Shown: positions 29,250 through 42,900 of the stretch, piece by piece | Layout: each line of letters starts with the position of its first letter | Numbering within the stretch: the stretch's first letter is position 1 | Source of the DNA: Macrostomum lignano | Lineage: Eukaryota | Length of the DNA stretch: 64,000 nt | NCBI GenBank assembly: GCA_002269645.1 | Contig: NIVC01001564.1 | Coordinates: 124,001-188,000 of the forward strand | Direction: 5' to 3' | Translations under genes and position numbers: made by a program | Notes under the pieces: model-generated | What the model was told of the DNA's origin: nothing | Databases searched by the model: none | Seen by the model: only the letters and a program-made list of their open reading frames with translations

Positions 29250-29929
29250 CCCTATTGGAATAAGTTGACAAAATGTGGACAACCGTCCGTCGCATTTTCG
29301 GATTCTCCTGGTGTCGCATCGCGCGACAGTGGTGTCAAGTGGTGTGTCGCGTCGCGCAACACTGGAAACCTGGTGTCGTCATGCGTCACGTCACGGCCTG
29401 GACCTGTAGCCAAAATCTTGCAAACTGTGTTTCATTATAATATGTTCACGGTTGTTTCTCGGTATTTAAATGTTTCAAACTATCTAATCAAATGTTTGAT
29501 AATAACAAGTTATTGAATTGTTCTTTTTTATTTTGACAGTAAAGTAACTAATACTTCAAATATAATTTTTAGAAAAGTTACTTGTTAGTTACAATGCATG
29601 CACTGTTTTTCTAAGTGTTGTACCTTTGTTATTTTACTGTTTATTGTTTTTAAATTTCTTTTCTTTTTCTGCGAAATTGAAAGGAATACTCTCGTCCCTC
29701 ACCCCATGTTTTCGGTGTTGGGAGTGAATAGCAGAACGGGAATTGTCAATTGCAACGTGGCTGCTGTGGTGTCCTCCCCCCCCAGTCATTCAGTCAACAG
29801 AAATTGGTGTTGCCTCGCGCGTCGCCGCAACCCAATAAACAAAATTTGGTGTCGCGTCGCGCTTTTGAGGGCACCATTTTGGCACCCATGTCGCGCATCC
29901 GTGGGTTTTTGAAACTTATTCCAATAGGG
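29250..29929. mobile_element. Non-autonomous TIR element (680 bp) with 8-bp TSD TTGGGCAC
   Basis: TIRs CCCTATTGGAATAAGTT(G/T)..CAAAA, a perfect TSD at 29242-49 and 29930-37, and internal GTGTCGCGTCGCG repeats. A solo diverged end starts near 26351. Confidence 0.85.
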
Positions 29930-30484
29930 TTGGGCACTATTACCCCTGAAATGGACTTATGAATGCAATCAACTAACTAATGATTTTAACTTCTTGTTTA
30001 TAGTTTATTTGTTAATTTCTAATTATGTTTTGTTATTATTAAGATTAGAAATAAATTTTTATATAAGTTTTAATTTAGCAAACAATTCTTGAAAGTTGCC
30101 ACAACTTGTTACCAAAATGACCTGTATCTACTGATAGACTTTATGCAAGAGACAAATCTTTTAAGCCATTTCATAAGCCTGCATCCATTTGAATTGCAAA
30201 TTACTAAGAAAATAATCTAAACATGCAAAGTAAAATATTGCCAAAATTGCTGACACCAACATTATAATTTTCTTTATGGAAAATAAAAACAAGAGGATAA
30301 TCTTTTGACATCAATAACCTTCTAAAATATCATGGGCATTAATAGTGCCATAAAAATCCAAATGAAATACTACCACATAAATAAGGCAGTTGTTATTTGT
30401 CCAATGACTAGATGAATAGCCTTTTTGCTATTTGTCCAGTTAAATTTCTAACACAAGTATCTATTTATCTATAAATAGTGTTTG

Positions 30485-30595
30485 GGCTATCCTGTAGTTT
30501 CGCACGTTAAATTATTTTACGGAATTATTTCGCCCTCTATTCAAGGGTGGTGGGGGTGGGGGTAATAATTTAACGTGCGAAACTACAGGATAGCC
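30485..30595. mobile_element. 111-bp hairpin MITE (GG termini, 8-bp TSD; Merlin-like)
   Basis: Perfect 32-bp TIR GGCTATCCTGTAGTTTCGCACGTTAAATTATT and flanks AGTGTTTG/AGTATTTG. Confidence 0.75.
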
Positions 30596-30618
30596 AGTAT
30601 TTGTTTAGTGATAAATAT

Positions 30619-30709
30619 GGCATAGTTCTAGTTTACTTCGTTATATTCCAACCCCCCTACCCTTGAATAGAGGGCGAAATAATTTAACGCAGTAAACTAG
30701 AACTATGCC
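30619..30709. mobile_element. 91-bp hairpin MITE, sibling of 30485-30595 (Merlin-like)
   Basis: TIR GGCATAGTTCTAGTTTACT(G/T)CGTTA(A/T)ATT and a perfect 8-bp TSD ATAAATAT. Confidence 0.75.
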
Positions 30710-30746
30710 ATAAATATTCTAAATTTTGAAGACCCTTTTCTTCATA

Positions 30747-31035
30747 CATGCGCAACCTCCAAAATTCGGTCGGCCATGCGACTTAGTTTTAACAAAAATG
30801 TGACGTAGTTTTTGGCCAAAAATGCGACTTACATGTAATAAAAACTGTAAAGCAAAATTAACGCAACTTTGGGTAAACGGCAGGAGTAACTATAACTGTC
30901 TTATTAGGGCAAAATGGCTCGTCAGCTACTTAGTAATACTACTTAGGTTTTTTTGGGTGGGTATTTTTGCGACTTCCTTGATTGGCTGCCAAATCGGTCG
31001 GCCGGATCGGCCGACTCGGCCGACTGTTGCGCATG
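30747..31035. mobile_element. TA-flanked MITE (TIR CATGCGCAAC)
   Basis: TA on both sides. An inverted homolog lies at 55127-55414. Confidence 0.8.
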
Positions 31036-32249
31036 TATGCTTTTCTTGTATCCTGATTAATATTTTGTTACGCTCGTATATACTAGTGAAAGCAAAGTAG
31101 ATATCTTTAATGCATATGCTATTTGGCATAACTTGGTATAATATAAGACAAACACTAGTAGGCCTATAACAACATGATAATCAAGATAAGAAGTCTGATG
31201 TCCAGGAATATTCACCTTTGTAGTTTCTGTAAAATAAAATGTCAATTTAACTGGACAAATAGCGAAATGTCTTTGTGTCCGGTATTAACCAGATGAATAG
31301 GGAAACATGGCTATTATCCAGTAACTGGACAAATAACAACATCGCAGCATCGCTATTCGTCCAGTCACCAGACAAATAACAACTGCCTATAAATAATGCA
31401 ATTTTCATAGCTCCTCAATGCTTGGAAACTTGTTATGGAAACAATATACCAAAATTGTACTGTCTTTAAGATTAATATTCAATGCTATTTGATATAAAAT
31501 ATCTGCGATTAAATGCTATTAGGAGCCTAAAGCAAATATAGGCCTGTCGCACTTTGCAAAGCAAATTATGGCCCTAACTTTTGGATATGACTGAAACAGT
31601 GAAAGCCAGGTGTGAAATAAAAAATAAAGTAACAATGCCGATTGAATGAAAATTGAACATAACTTACAAAGAAAATACTTCCTGGATCCATTAGTATCAA
31701 TAATTGACAATAAGCATAATAAATTTCGAGGTAATCAAGAAGTAAAAATCGTTACTCTTCTCGGAAAACACATTTTAAACTTTCCGCGAAATATTGCCAT
31801 GTGTTAACAAATACCAATGATTTTACTACTCAGTTTTGCCTAACCTTTCATAAAATTATACCTTTTTAGCTAAATTTAAAAATTTTAATTTTAAAACTTA
31901 TAGAATATCATAGATACGTTGCCGTTTAAAAAGATTTTATAAGCGGTAGATGTACCGTCATTCCATCGTCAATGCAATTGATATGAAATTGAAATTGTTC
32001 CAAATTTTCTTGCACGGATGTAAGTTATGTATATAGCCTCTTATTGATCTCTTTTAAACAATTTTTAATCCTTCACTAGCCTTTACATATTTTACGAAGC
32101 TACTGGTAGACGTCGAAAATCCAGAATATTGCACGAATCTTAAGATGCATTAGATATAGCAAAATACTGTATTACAATTTTTTTAATGTGCGCATTTGAA
32201 GACTGCGTACGGCTGCTCAGTCCAAGGACTAGGGAGTTGCAACACACCC

Positions 32250-32418
32250 TCAATCACGCCAGCTAAAGCTGGTTAACAATTTTACAGCTGGGTGAACTGG
32301 AGCAATGCAAAGCTAAGTGTCCTGCTCAAGGACACAAATTGTCCCAGTAAGATTGGGAATCAAACCCGACCTTCAAGTGAAGTCCGACGCTGTAACCACT
32401 AGACTACAACTACAACCC
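32250..32418 (-). mobile_element. tRNA-derived SINE with CORE/Meta-like domain
   Basis: Homologous to 510-640. The minus strand contains TTGTGTCCTTGAGCAGGACACTTAGC..GCTCCAGTTCACCCAGCTGTAAAA. Confidence 0.7.
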
Positions 32419-32596
32419 ACTTAAATAAAAGAAGGAAGTAATTCAAGATGATAATTCTCTTCAACAATTATTTTTTTTCAATCCAACCGCACACGTAGCC
32501 TGGATTTATTACCCCGCCAAGCCAGCCAACCTAATAGCATTCAAAAAGTCTGCAGCGCTTGCATAGACAAGTAGCCAGAGCTAGTCCTCGTCAGAT

Positions 32597-33735
32597 TTAA
32601 ACTTTTTTGTGTCCCTCGGCATAGACCTGATAGGCGATGCGGTCAAGATCTCGCCTGCCCTGCGACGTCAGCTGCCGGCCGCCGGCCTCGTCCTTGGCAA
32701 CAAGGCCCATCGACTCGAGGCCTTGGAGACTCTTGCGGAGCGGGCCCCGGTAGCAGCGGGACGAGTGGTTGGGCTGGTGGCCACGGCGCCTCACCTTGCC
32801 GTACACCTGGGGGAATTGGGAATAGGTTACAGTAGTACAGATGAAATTCAATTTGGGTGATTCACAACTTTTTATACCAGCAATTCCAAGGTTTTCTCGA
32901 CTTGAAGATCTACCTAAGAGGGTGCTGGTGATCCACCAACTAAGGATCTGAGGCCCAGCAATTCAGGATCTGGGAGGCTGGCCCAGCAACTGATGATCTG
33001 GGAGGCTAGTCCAGCAACTGAGGATCTGGAAGACTGGCCCAGCAACAGGATCTGGAAAGCTGGCCCAGCAACTGAGGATTTGGGAGGCTGGCCCAGCAAC
33101 TGAAGATCTGGGAGGCTGGCCCAGCAACTGAGAATCTGGGAGGCTGGCCCAGTAACTGAGGATCTGGGAGGCTGGCCCAGCATCTGAGGATCTGGGAGGC
33201 TGGCTCAGCAACTAAGGATCTGGGAGGCTGGCCCAGCAACTGAGGATCTGGGAGGCTGGTGGCCAAGCAACTGAGGATCTGGGAGGCTGGCCCAGTAACT
33301 GAGGATCAGGGAGGCTGGCCCAGCAACTGAGAATCTGGGAGGTTGGCCCAGCAACTGAGGATCTGGGAGGCTGGCCCAGCAACTGAAGATCTGTTACTGG
33401 GCAATTTCAAAACGAACCACCTGGAGCATGGAATATGAAAGCCATAGTAAGTCCATCACTCCCACACTCACTTTGGTCAGAGCGCCAACTCCCACAGGGG
33501 CGCGCACGTACAGGTGGCGCAGCAGAGAGGCGGAGCGCACAAAGAACCAATCGGAATCAGCGGGCGCCAGCTCGTTGGCTGCAGACAGTTTAACAACGTC
33601 AGCCCATTCCGGCACAGCCAGCTTGCCAGTCTTCTTCAAATAGGCGGCCAGAGCTCGGACTAGCTTCTGCTGGCTGACACTTTTTACGCCAACAAATGTG
33701 TGGGCGGACTTGCCGCTTGCAGCTTGCTGTGCCAT
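32597..33735 (-). CDS. RPS19: 40S ribosomal protein S19 (eS19), 157 aa; exons 33735-33472 and 32806-32597
   Basis: Motifs [26 protein letters not shown] and [16 protein letters not shown]. The intron AAA|GTGAGT...CCCAG|GTG is phase 0. Confidence 0.95.
32942..33392. repeat. 28-bp minisatellite (GAGGATCTGGGAGGCTGGCCCAGCAACT) in the RPS19 intron
   Basis: About 16 units are visible. Confidence 0.93.
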
Positions 33736-33999
33736 CTGCAAATGACAGCGTGCAGTGCAACAGTTAACTCCGTGTCATTGGGTTTATAAATGTTAAATTT
33801 AATTATTTAGCAATTTAGCAAATTTATAGGAAAGCTGCCTACTAAGCTTATGACTAGACATACTTAGTAACAAAAAACAATGTAAAGATTAGCATAAACA
33901 AATGTATAATAAATTTTCATCATAAAATTTGAGCATAAAAAATATGTTATTGTTTAAATTACAAACAAAAGTTTTATTATCTCTCTCTCTCTCTCTACT

Positions 34000-36900
34000 T
34001 CTACTAATACTAAAACTGACGCGATGTTTGTCTGTCTGTATGTTGTAAGTGAACTCCTACAATTCTGGCAAGTCAGCGTCGAAACTTATATGGGATGGGA
34101 AAACTGCAAATTTTCCGGAGCAGGCTTTAGGCTATTTTAATTTTTAATTTTCCCATTTTAACATCCCTACCTAAAAAAGCAGAAAACTGCTTTTTTAACC
34201 CCCAATAACCTTCTTTGGCCACTCTGCCTGGGGCTGCAGCCAGTTTGTAAAAATAGCCACCCCAACCTCCGCCCGCGGGCCGCTGTGTATTGAGGGGTGG
34301 TGGGTGCGCGTGTTCTGGGTTCAATGCAAATAAAACCCCCCGCGTGTTGGGGGGTTGAGTTTAATTTAATGCTTCCCCCCAGAACGGGGGTTGGGCTTGG
34401 GCTGAGTGTACATAGCAGTTGTACAGTGTAAACAGATAGACTGTGTCGAGATTCATTTGGTTTTATTATTGGCGCCTTTTTTCTATAGGCAGCCCTGTGT
34501 ATTAGCTTAGCAGTGAAATTCAATGAATTGCGAGCTTCTCTAGCAAGCAGTCGGGAAATCGGTAAATTTCAAACGCTAACTGTTCCTCGAGTTTTAAACT
34601 TTGAGAGGAGAAACTTATATTGCTGGAAAGATCTTGCAACGCAGAGTTCGAGGATATAAGTTGTTTGCTTTATATATGAAAACTAAAAGCTTTTCATTGG
34701 GAAAACTATTCCCATACTTTTAACTTTTTGCAAAAATTGTAATCAGTTTTGCGAGACGTAATAGATAAAGTTGGGGGGAGGGTTCAACTTCTCACTGCTG
34801 CTGTGTATTGGAGGGTTGATTTAGATTGACTGACTGACTGTGAAATCAGTTGCGCAATGAATTGATTCAATTAGTTCAATATTTTTATCAGTGCCTTTTA
34901 ACACGAAGCTGTGCGTAGTTCTAACCCTAACCCTAACCCTAACCCTAACCCTAACCCTAACCAATGAATCCGGAGAGTTGAGTTGTTTGACGGAAAAAAT
35001 TCGATTGAGTCCAGTTTAGCGGAGACGATTTCAATGTTTTAATTTTGACGAAGAGGATTTCTGTTTCGTGGAGAGGATTTCGATGGTGTTCAGTTTCGTG
35101 GAGAGGATTTCGATGGTGTTCAGTTTCGTGGAGAGGATTTCGATGGTGTTCAGTTTCGTGGAAAGGATTTCGATGATGTTCAGTTTCACGGAGAGGATTT
35201 CGATGATGTTCAGCTTCACGGAGAGGATTTCTGTTTCGCGGAGATAATTTATGATTGATTTCTGTTTTATGGAGACCATTTTGATGGATTTAAGTTTCAA
35301 GGAGAGGATTTCGAAGGAGTCCAGTTTCACGGAGAGGATTTCGATGGTTTTCAGTTGCACGGACAGGATTTCTGCTTCGCGGAGAGGATCTTGATGGATT
35401 TGGCATCTTCAATCAGTCAGAGAAGAGAGTAAAGAGAAGAATGAAAAGAGAAGAGAGATGAGATGATAGAAAACAGAGTAGAAATGAGTGGAGAGATTAG
35501 ACATGACAGATAGGAGAGAAGAGGGGAGTAAGGCGGGAACAAAGGAGAGAGAAGAGAAGAGGAGAGTGGAGATGAAGGGAGAGGATATGAGAGAGGAGAT
35601 ATGAGATAGCAGAGAGGAGACAGGAGAGAAAAGAAAGGAGGGATAAGAGCGTACAGAGGCAATAGAAGAGAGGCAAGAGAGGAGAGAGGTGAGAGAAGAG
35701 AGATGAAAGATCAGAGATCAGAGATTTAAGAGAAGAAAGTAGTGAGGAGAAAGAAGATGGTAAAGATGAGAGTGCAGAGAGGAGAGAAACGAGAGGAGAC
35801 AGGTGGTAGAAAGGAGTGTAAAAACAGCAGATAAGAAAGGGGAGGGTGAGAGTGAGAGCATATAGGGAAGTGTAAAAGGGGAGCAGAGGAGAGAGAATAG
35901 ATAAGTGAGTAGAGAAGAGATATGAGAGAGGAGAGAAAAGGGGAGAGATAAGATAGAAGATAGGAGAGTAGACAGGAGAGGGTACAGACGAAAGACGAGG
36001 GAGAAGAGATAAATAAGGTAGTAGAGATAAATAAGAGAGTAGGGGTAGAGATGAGATGAGAGAGAGAAGAGAGAAGCGAGTCACGATAATAGCGAAGAGA
36101 GGAGAGAGTAGATATGAGAGACGTAAGAGTCTTTGAGCTATGGTCTTTGAAAGGTTTGTAAAGAATTTGGAGACGATTTGGAAGATGGGGTTCCAGACAT
36201 GGAATTTCAGTTGATGGATAATTCAGGGAATGGAATTCCGGTGATGGGAGTTCTTCCCCTTTCTCCTCCGAAGGAGGAGTTCCACTTTAATACTAAAAAC
36301 CGACGCGATGTTTGTCTGTCTGTATGTAGTAAGTGAACTCCTACAATTCTGCCAAGTCAGCGTTGAAACTTATATGGGAAAACTGCAAATTTTCCGGAGC
36401 AGGCTTTAGGCTATTTTAATTTTTAATTTTCCCATTTTAACATCCCTACCTAAAAAAGCAGAAAACTGCTTTTTTAACCCCCAATAACCTTCTTTGGCCA
36501 CTCTGCCTGGGGCTGCAGCCAGTTTGTAAAAATAGCCACCCCAACCTCCGCCCGCGGGCCGCTGTGTATTGAGGGGTGGTGGGTGCGAGTGGAAATAAAA
36601 CCCCCCGCGTGTTGGGGGGGGGTTGAGTTAAATTTAATGCTTCCCCCCAGAACGGGGGTTGGGCTTGAGCTGAGTGTACATAGCAGTTGTACAGTGTAAA
36701 CAGATAGACTGTGTCGAGATTCATTTGGTTTTATTATTGGCGCCTTTTTTCTATAGGCAGCCCTGTGTATTAGCTTAGCAGTGAAATTCAATGAATTGCG
36801 AGCTTCTCTAGCAAGCAGTCGGGAAATCGGTAAATTTCAAACGCTAACTGTTCCTCGAGTTTTAAACTTTGAGAGGAGAAACTTATATTGCTGGAAAGAT

Positions 36901-39900
36901 CTTGCAACGCAGAGTTCGAGGATATAAGTTGTTTGCTTTATATATGAAAACTAAAAGCTTTTCATTGGGAAAACTATTCCCATACTTTTAACTTTTTGCA
37001 AAAATTGTAATCAGTTTTGCGAGACGTAATAGATAAAGTTGGGGGAGGGTTCAACTTCTCACTGCTGCTGTGTATTGGAGGGTTGATTTAGATTGACTGA
37101 CTGACTGTGAAATCAGTTGCGCAATGAATTGATTCAATTAGTTCAATATTTTTATCAGTGCCTTTTAACACGAAGCTGTGCGTAGTTCTAACCCTAACCC
37201 TAACCCTAACCCTAACCCTAACCCTAACCAATGAATCCGGAGAGTTGAGTTGTTTGACGGAAAAAATTCGATTGAGTCCAGTTTAGCGGAGACGATTTCA
37301 ATGTTTTAATTTTGACGAAGAGGATTTCTGTTTCGTGGAGAGGATTTCGATGGTGTTCAGTTTCGTGGAGAGGATTTCGATGGTGTTCAGTTTCGTGGAG
37401 AGGATTTCGATGGTGTTCAGTTTCGTGGAAAGGATTTCGATGATGTTCAGTTTCACGGAGAGGATTTCGATGATGTTCAGCTTCACGGAGAGGATTTCTG
37501 TTTCGCGGAGATAATTTATGATTGATTTCTGTTTTATGGAGACCATTTTGATAGATTTAAGTTTCAAGGAGAGGATTTCGAAGGAGTCCAGTTTCACGGA
37601 GAGGATTTCGATGGTTTTCAGTTGCACGGACAGGATTTCTGCTTCGCGGAGAGGATCTTGATGGATTTGGCATCTTCAATCAGTCAGAGAAGAGAGTAAA
37701 GAGAAGAATGAAAAGAGAAGAGAGATGAGATGATAGAAAACAGAGTAGAAATGAGTGGAGAGATTAGACATGACAGATAGGAGAGAAGAGGGGAGTAAGG
37801 CGGGAACAAAGGAGAGAGAAGAGAAGAGGAGAGTGGAGATGAAGGGAGAGGATATGAGAGAGGAGATATGAGATAGCAGAGAGGAGACAGGAGAGAAAAG
37901 AAAGGAGGGATAAGAGCGTACAGAGGCAATAGAAGAGAGGCAAGAGAGGAGAGAGGTGAGAGAAGAGAGATGAAAGATCAGAGATCAGAGATTTAAGAGA
38001 AGAAAGTAGTGAGGAGAAAGAAGATGGTAAAGATGAGAGTGCAGAGAGGAGAGAAACGAGAGGAGACAGGTGGTAGAAAGGAGTGTAAAAACAGCAGATA
38101 AGAAAGGGGAGGGTGAGAGTGAGAGCATATAGGGAAGTGTAAAAGGGGAGCAGAGGAGAGAGAATAGATAAGTGAGTAGAGAAGAGATATGAGAGAGGAG
38201 AGAAAAGGGGAGAGATAAGATAGAAGATAGGAGAGTAGACAGGAGAGGGTACAGACGAAAGACGAGGGAGAAGAGATAAATAAGGTAGTAGAGATAAATA
38301 AGAGAGTAGGGGTAGAGATGAGATGAGAGAGAGAAGAGAGAAGCGAGTCACGATAATAGCGAAGAGAGGAGAGAGTAGATATGAGAGACGTAAGAGTCTT
38401 TGAGCTATGGTCTTTGAAAGGTTTGTAAAGAATTTGGAGACGATTTGGAAGATGGGGTTCCAGACATGGAATTTCAGTTGATGGATAATTCAGGGAATGG
38501 AATTCCGGTGATGGGAGTTCTTCCCCTTTCTCCTCCGAAGGAGGAGTTCCACTTTAATACTAAAAACCGACGCGATGTTTGTCTGTCTGTATGTAGTAAG
38601 TGAACTCCTACAATTCTGCCAAGTCAGCGTTGAAACTTATATGGGAAAACTGCAAATTTTCCGGAGCAGGCTTTAGGCTATTTTAATTTTTAATTTTCCC
38701 ATTTTAACATCCCTACCTAAAAAAGCAGAAAACTGCTTTTTTAACCCCCAATAACCTTCTTTGGCCACTCTGCCTGGGGCTGCAGCCAGTTTGTAAAAAT
38801 AGCCACCCCAACCTCCGCCCGCGGGCCGCTGTGTATTGAGGGGTGGTGGGTGCGAGTGGAAATAAAACCCCCCGCGTGTTGGGGGGGGGGGTTGAGTTAA
38901 ATTTAATGCTTCCCCCCAGAACGGGGGTTGGGCTTGGGCTGAGTGTACATAGCAGTTGTACAGTGTAAACAGATAGACTGTGTCGAGATTCATTTGGTTT
39001 TATTATTGGCGCCTTTTTTCTATAGGCAGCCCTGTGTATTAGCTTAGCAGTGAAATTCAATGAATTGCGAGCTTCTCTAGCAAGCAGTCGGGAAATCGGT
39101 AAATTTCAAACGCTAACTGTTCCTCGAGTTTTAAACTTTGAGAGGAGAAACTTATATTGCTGGAAAGATCTTGCAACGCAGAGTTCGAGGATATAAGTTT
39201 TTTGCTTTATATATGAAAACTAAAAGCTTTTCATTGGGAAAACTATTCCCATACTTTTAACTTTTTGCAAAAATTGTAATCAGTTTTGCGAGACGTAATA
39301 GATAAAGTTGGGGGGAGGGTTCAACTTCTCACTGCTGCTGTGTATTGGAGGGTTGATTTAGATTGACTGACTGACTGTGAAATCAGTTGCGCAATGAATT
39401 GATTCAATTAGTTCAATATTTTTATCAGTGCCTTTTAACACGAAGCTGTGCGTAGTTCTAACCCTAACCCTAACCCTAACCCTAACCCTAACCCTAACCA
39501 ATGAATCCGGAGAGTTGAGTTGTTTGACGGAAAAAATTCGATTGAGTCCAGTTTAGCGGAGACGATTTCAATGTTTTAATTTTGACGAAGAGGATTTCTG
39601 TTTCGTGGAGAGGATTTCGATGGTGTTCAGTTTCGTGGAGAGGATTTCGATGGTGTTCAGTTTCGTGGAGAGGATTTCGATGGTGTTCAGTTTCGTGGAA
39701 AGGATTTCGATGATGTTCAGTTTCACGGAGAGGATTTCGATGATGTTCAGCTTCACGGAGAGGATTTCTGTTTCGCGGAGATAATTTATGATTGATTTCT
39801 GTTTTATGGAGACCATTTTGATAGATTTAAGTTTCAAGGAGAGGATTTCGAAGGAGTCCAGTTTCACGGAGAGGATTTCGATGGTTTTCAGTTGCACGGA

Positions 39901-42900
39901 CAGGATTTCTGCTTCGCGGAGAGGATCTTGATGGATTTGGCATCTTCAATCAGTCAGAGAAGAGAGTAAAGAGAAGAATGAAAAGAGAAGAGAGATGAGA
40001 TGATAGAAAACAGAGTAGAAATGAGTGGAGAGATTAGACATGACAGATAGGAGAGAAGAGGGGAGTAAGGCGGGAACAAAGGAGAGAGAAGAGAAGAGGA
40101 GAGTGGAGATGAAGGGAGAGGATATGAGAGAGGAGATATGAGATAGCAGAGAGGAGACAGGAGAGAAAAGAAAGGAGGGATAAGAGCGTACAGAGGCAAT
40201 AGAAGAGAGGCAAGAGAGGAGAGAGGTGAGAGAAGAGAGATGAAAGATCAGAGATCAGAGATTTAAGAGAAGAAAGTAGTGAGGAGAAAGAAGAGGGTAA
40301 AGATGAGAGTGCAGAGAGGAGAGAAAAGAGAGGAGACAGGTGGTAGAAAGGAGTGTAAAAACAGCAGATAAGAAAGGGGAGGGTGAGAGTGAGAGCATAT
40401 AGGGAAGTGTAAAAGGGGAGCAGAGGAGAGAGAATAGATAAGTGAGTAGAGAAGAGATATGAGAGAGGAGAGAAAAGGGGAGAGATAAGATAGAAGATAG
40501 GAGAGTAGACAGGAGAGGGTACAGACGAAAGACGAGGGAGAAGAGATAAATAAGGTAGTAGAGATAAATAAGAGAGTAGGGGTAGAGATGAGATGAGAGA
40601 GAGGAGAGAGAAGCGAGTCACGATAATAGCGAAGAGAGGAGAGAGTAGATATGAGAGACGTAAGAGTCTTTGAGCTATGGTCTTTGAAAGGTTTGTAAAG
40701 AATTTGGAGACGATTTGGAAGATGGGGTTCAAGACATGGAATTTCAGTTGATGGATAATTCAGGGAATGGAATTCCGGTGATGGGAGTTCTTCCCCTTTC
40801 TCCTCCGAAGGAGGAGTTCCACTTTAATACTAAAAACCGACGCGATGTTTGTCTGTCTGTATGTAGTAAGTGAACTCCTACAATTCTGCCAAGTCAGCGT
40901 TGAAACTTATATGGGAAAACTGCAAATTTTCCGGAGCAGGCTTTAGGCTATTTTAATTTTTAATTTTCCCATTTTAACATCCCTACCTAAAAAAGCAGAA
41001 AACTGCTTTTTTAACCCCCAATAACCTTCTTTGGCCACTCTGCCTGGGGCTGCAGCCAGTTTGTAAAAATAGCCACCCCAACCTCCGCCCGCGGGCCGCT
41101 GTGTATTGAGGGGTGGTGGGTGCGAGTGGAAATAAAACCCCCCGCGTGTTGGGGGGGGGGGGTTGAGTTAAATTTAATGCTTCCCCCACAACGGGGGGTT
41201 GGGCTTGGGCTGAGTGTACATAGCAGTTGTACAGTGTAGGGCCTAAACAGATAGATAGGAATCAGGACTGTGTCGAGATTCAATTGGTTTTATTATTGGC
41301 GCCTTTTTTTCTCCATAGGCATCCCTGTGTATTAGCTTAGCAGTGAAATTCAATGAATTGCGAGCTTCTCTAGCAAGCAGTCGGGAAATCGGTAAATTTC
41401 AAACGCTAACTGTTCCTCGAGTTTTAAACTTTGAGAGGAGAAACTTATATTGCTGGAAAGATCTTGCAACGCAGAGTTCGAGGATATAAGTTTTTTGCTT
41501 TATATATGAAAACTAAAAGCTTTTCATTGGGAAAACTATTCCCATACTTTTAACTTTTTGCAAAAATCAGTTTTGCGAGACGTAATAGATAAAGTTGGGG
41601 GGAGGGTTCAACTTCTCACTGCTGCTGTGTATTGGAGGGTTGATTTAGATGGACTGACTGACTGTGAAATCAGTTGCGCAATGAATTGATTCAATTAGTT
41701 CAATATTTTTATCAGTGCCTTTTAACACGAAGCTGTGCGTAGTTCTAACCCTAACCCTAACCCTAACCCTAACCCTAACCCTAACCCAACCCTAACCAAT
41801 GAATCCGGAGAGTTCAGATGTTTGACGAAAAAAATTCGATTGAGTCCAGTTTAGCGGAGACGATTTCAATGTTTTAATTTTGACGAAGAGGATTTCTGTT
41901 TCGTGGAGAGGATCTTGATGGATTTGGCATCTTCAATCAGTCAGAGAAGAGAGTAAAGAGAAGAATGAAAAGAGAAGAGAGTTGAGATGATAGAAAACAG
42001 AGTAGAAATGAGTGGAGAGATTAGACATGACAGATGGGAGAGAAGAGGGGAATAAGGCGGGAACGAAGGAGAGAGAAGAGGAGAGGAGAGAGGAGACGAG
42101 AGGGGAGATGTGAGATAGCAGAGGGGGACAAGAGAGATGATAGGAGAGAGAATAGATATGAGGGATAAGAGCGTACAGAGGTAATATAAAAGAGGGGAGA
42201 GTAGAGGAGAAAGAAGGAGTGAGATGAGGGATGAGAGATGAGAGAGGAGGGGAGAGAGAAGAGAGGAGAAAAGAGGGGAGAAATGAGACAGGAGAGAGTA
42301 GAGACGAAAGACCAGGGAGAAGATATAAATAAGGTAGTATAGATGAGAGGAGAGAGAGGAGAGAGAGAAGCGAGAGGAGAAGAGAGAGGAGAGAGGAAAG
42401 AGATGAAAGATCAGAGATAAGAGAGTTAAGAGAAGGAAAGTAATGAGGAGAGGAGAGATGAGAGATGCGATGAGAAAAGAGATGAGTGAGAACATAAGAG
42501 AGAAGAGATTAGAGATTAGAGAAGAGAGGGGAGAAGATGAAAGGAGAAAGGAGAGGAGAGAAGAGAGAATGGAGAGGATAGAAAAGAGAGAAGAGAAGAG
42601 ACAGGGGATAGTGGTAAGGAGGAAAGAAAGATGGGAGACAAGAAAGTAGAGTGTGAGAGCGTATATGAGATATGAGAAATGAGAAGCAGATAGGAGAGAA
42701 AAGAGAAGAGAGAGAGGGTTAAGAGAGACGATAGATAAGTAAGGAGAGATGACATATGAGAGAGGAGAGAAGAGGGAGAGATAAGAGAGAAGAGGAGACA
42801 GGAGACATAAGTGAAGAGGAGAGATATGAGAGAAGAGAGGAGACAAGAGACAGGAGAGGGTACAAACGAAAGACGAGGGAGAAGAGATAAATAAGGGAGT

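Larger units (their letters stand above)
30385..31387. mobile_element. MITE with long TIRs (GGCAGTTGTTATTTGTC...), possibly Mutator-like, hosting nested MITEs
   Basis: Inverted ends at 30385 and 31387, with 9-bp flanks CATAAATAA/TATAAATAA (1 mismatch). Confidence 0.65.

Noticed and set aside
34921-34962. Chromosome end or healed telomere
   Set aside because: The blocks are short, of fixed length, flanked on both sides and repeated as part of a larger unit.
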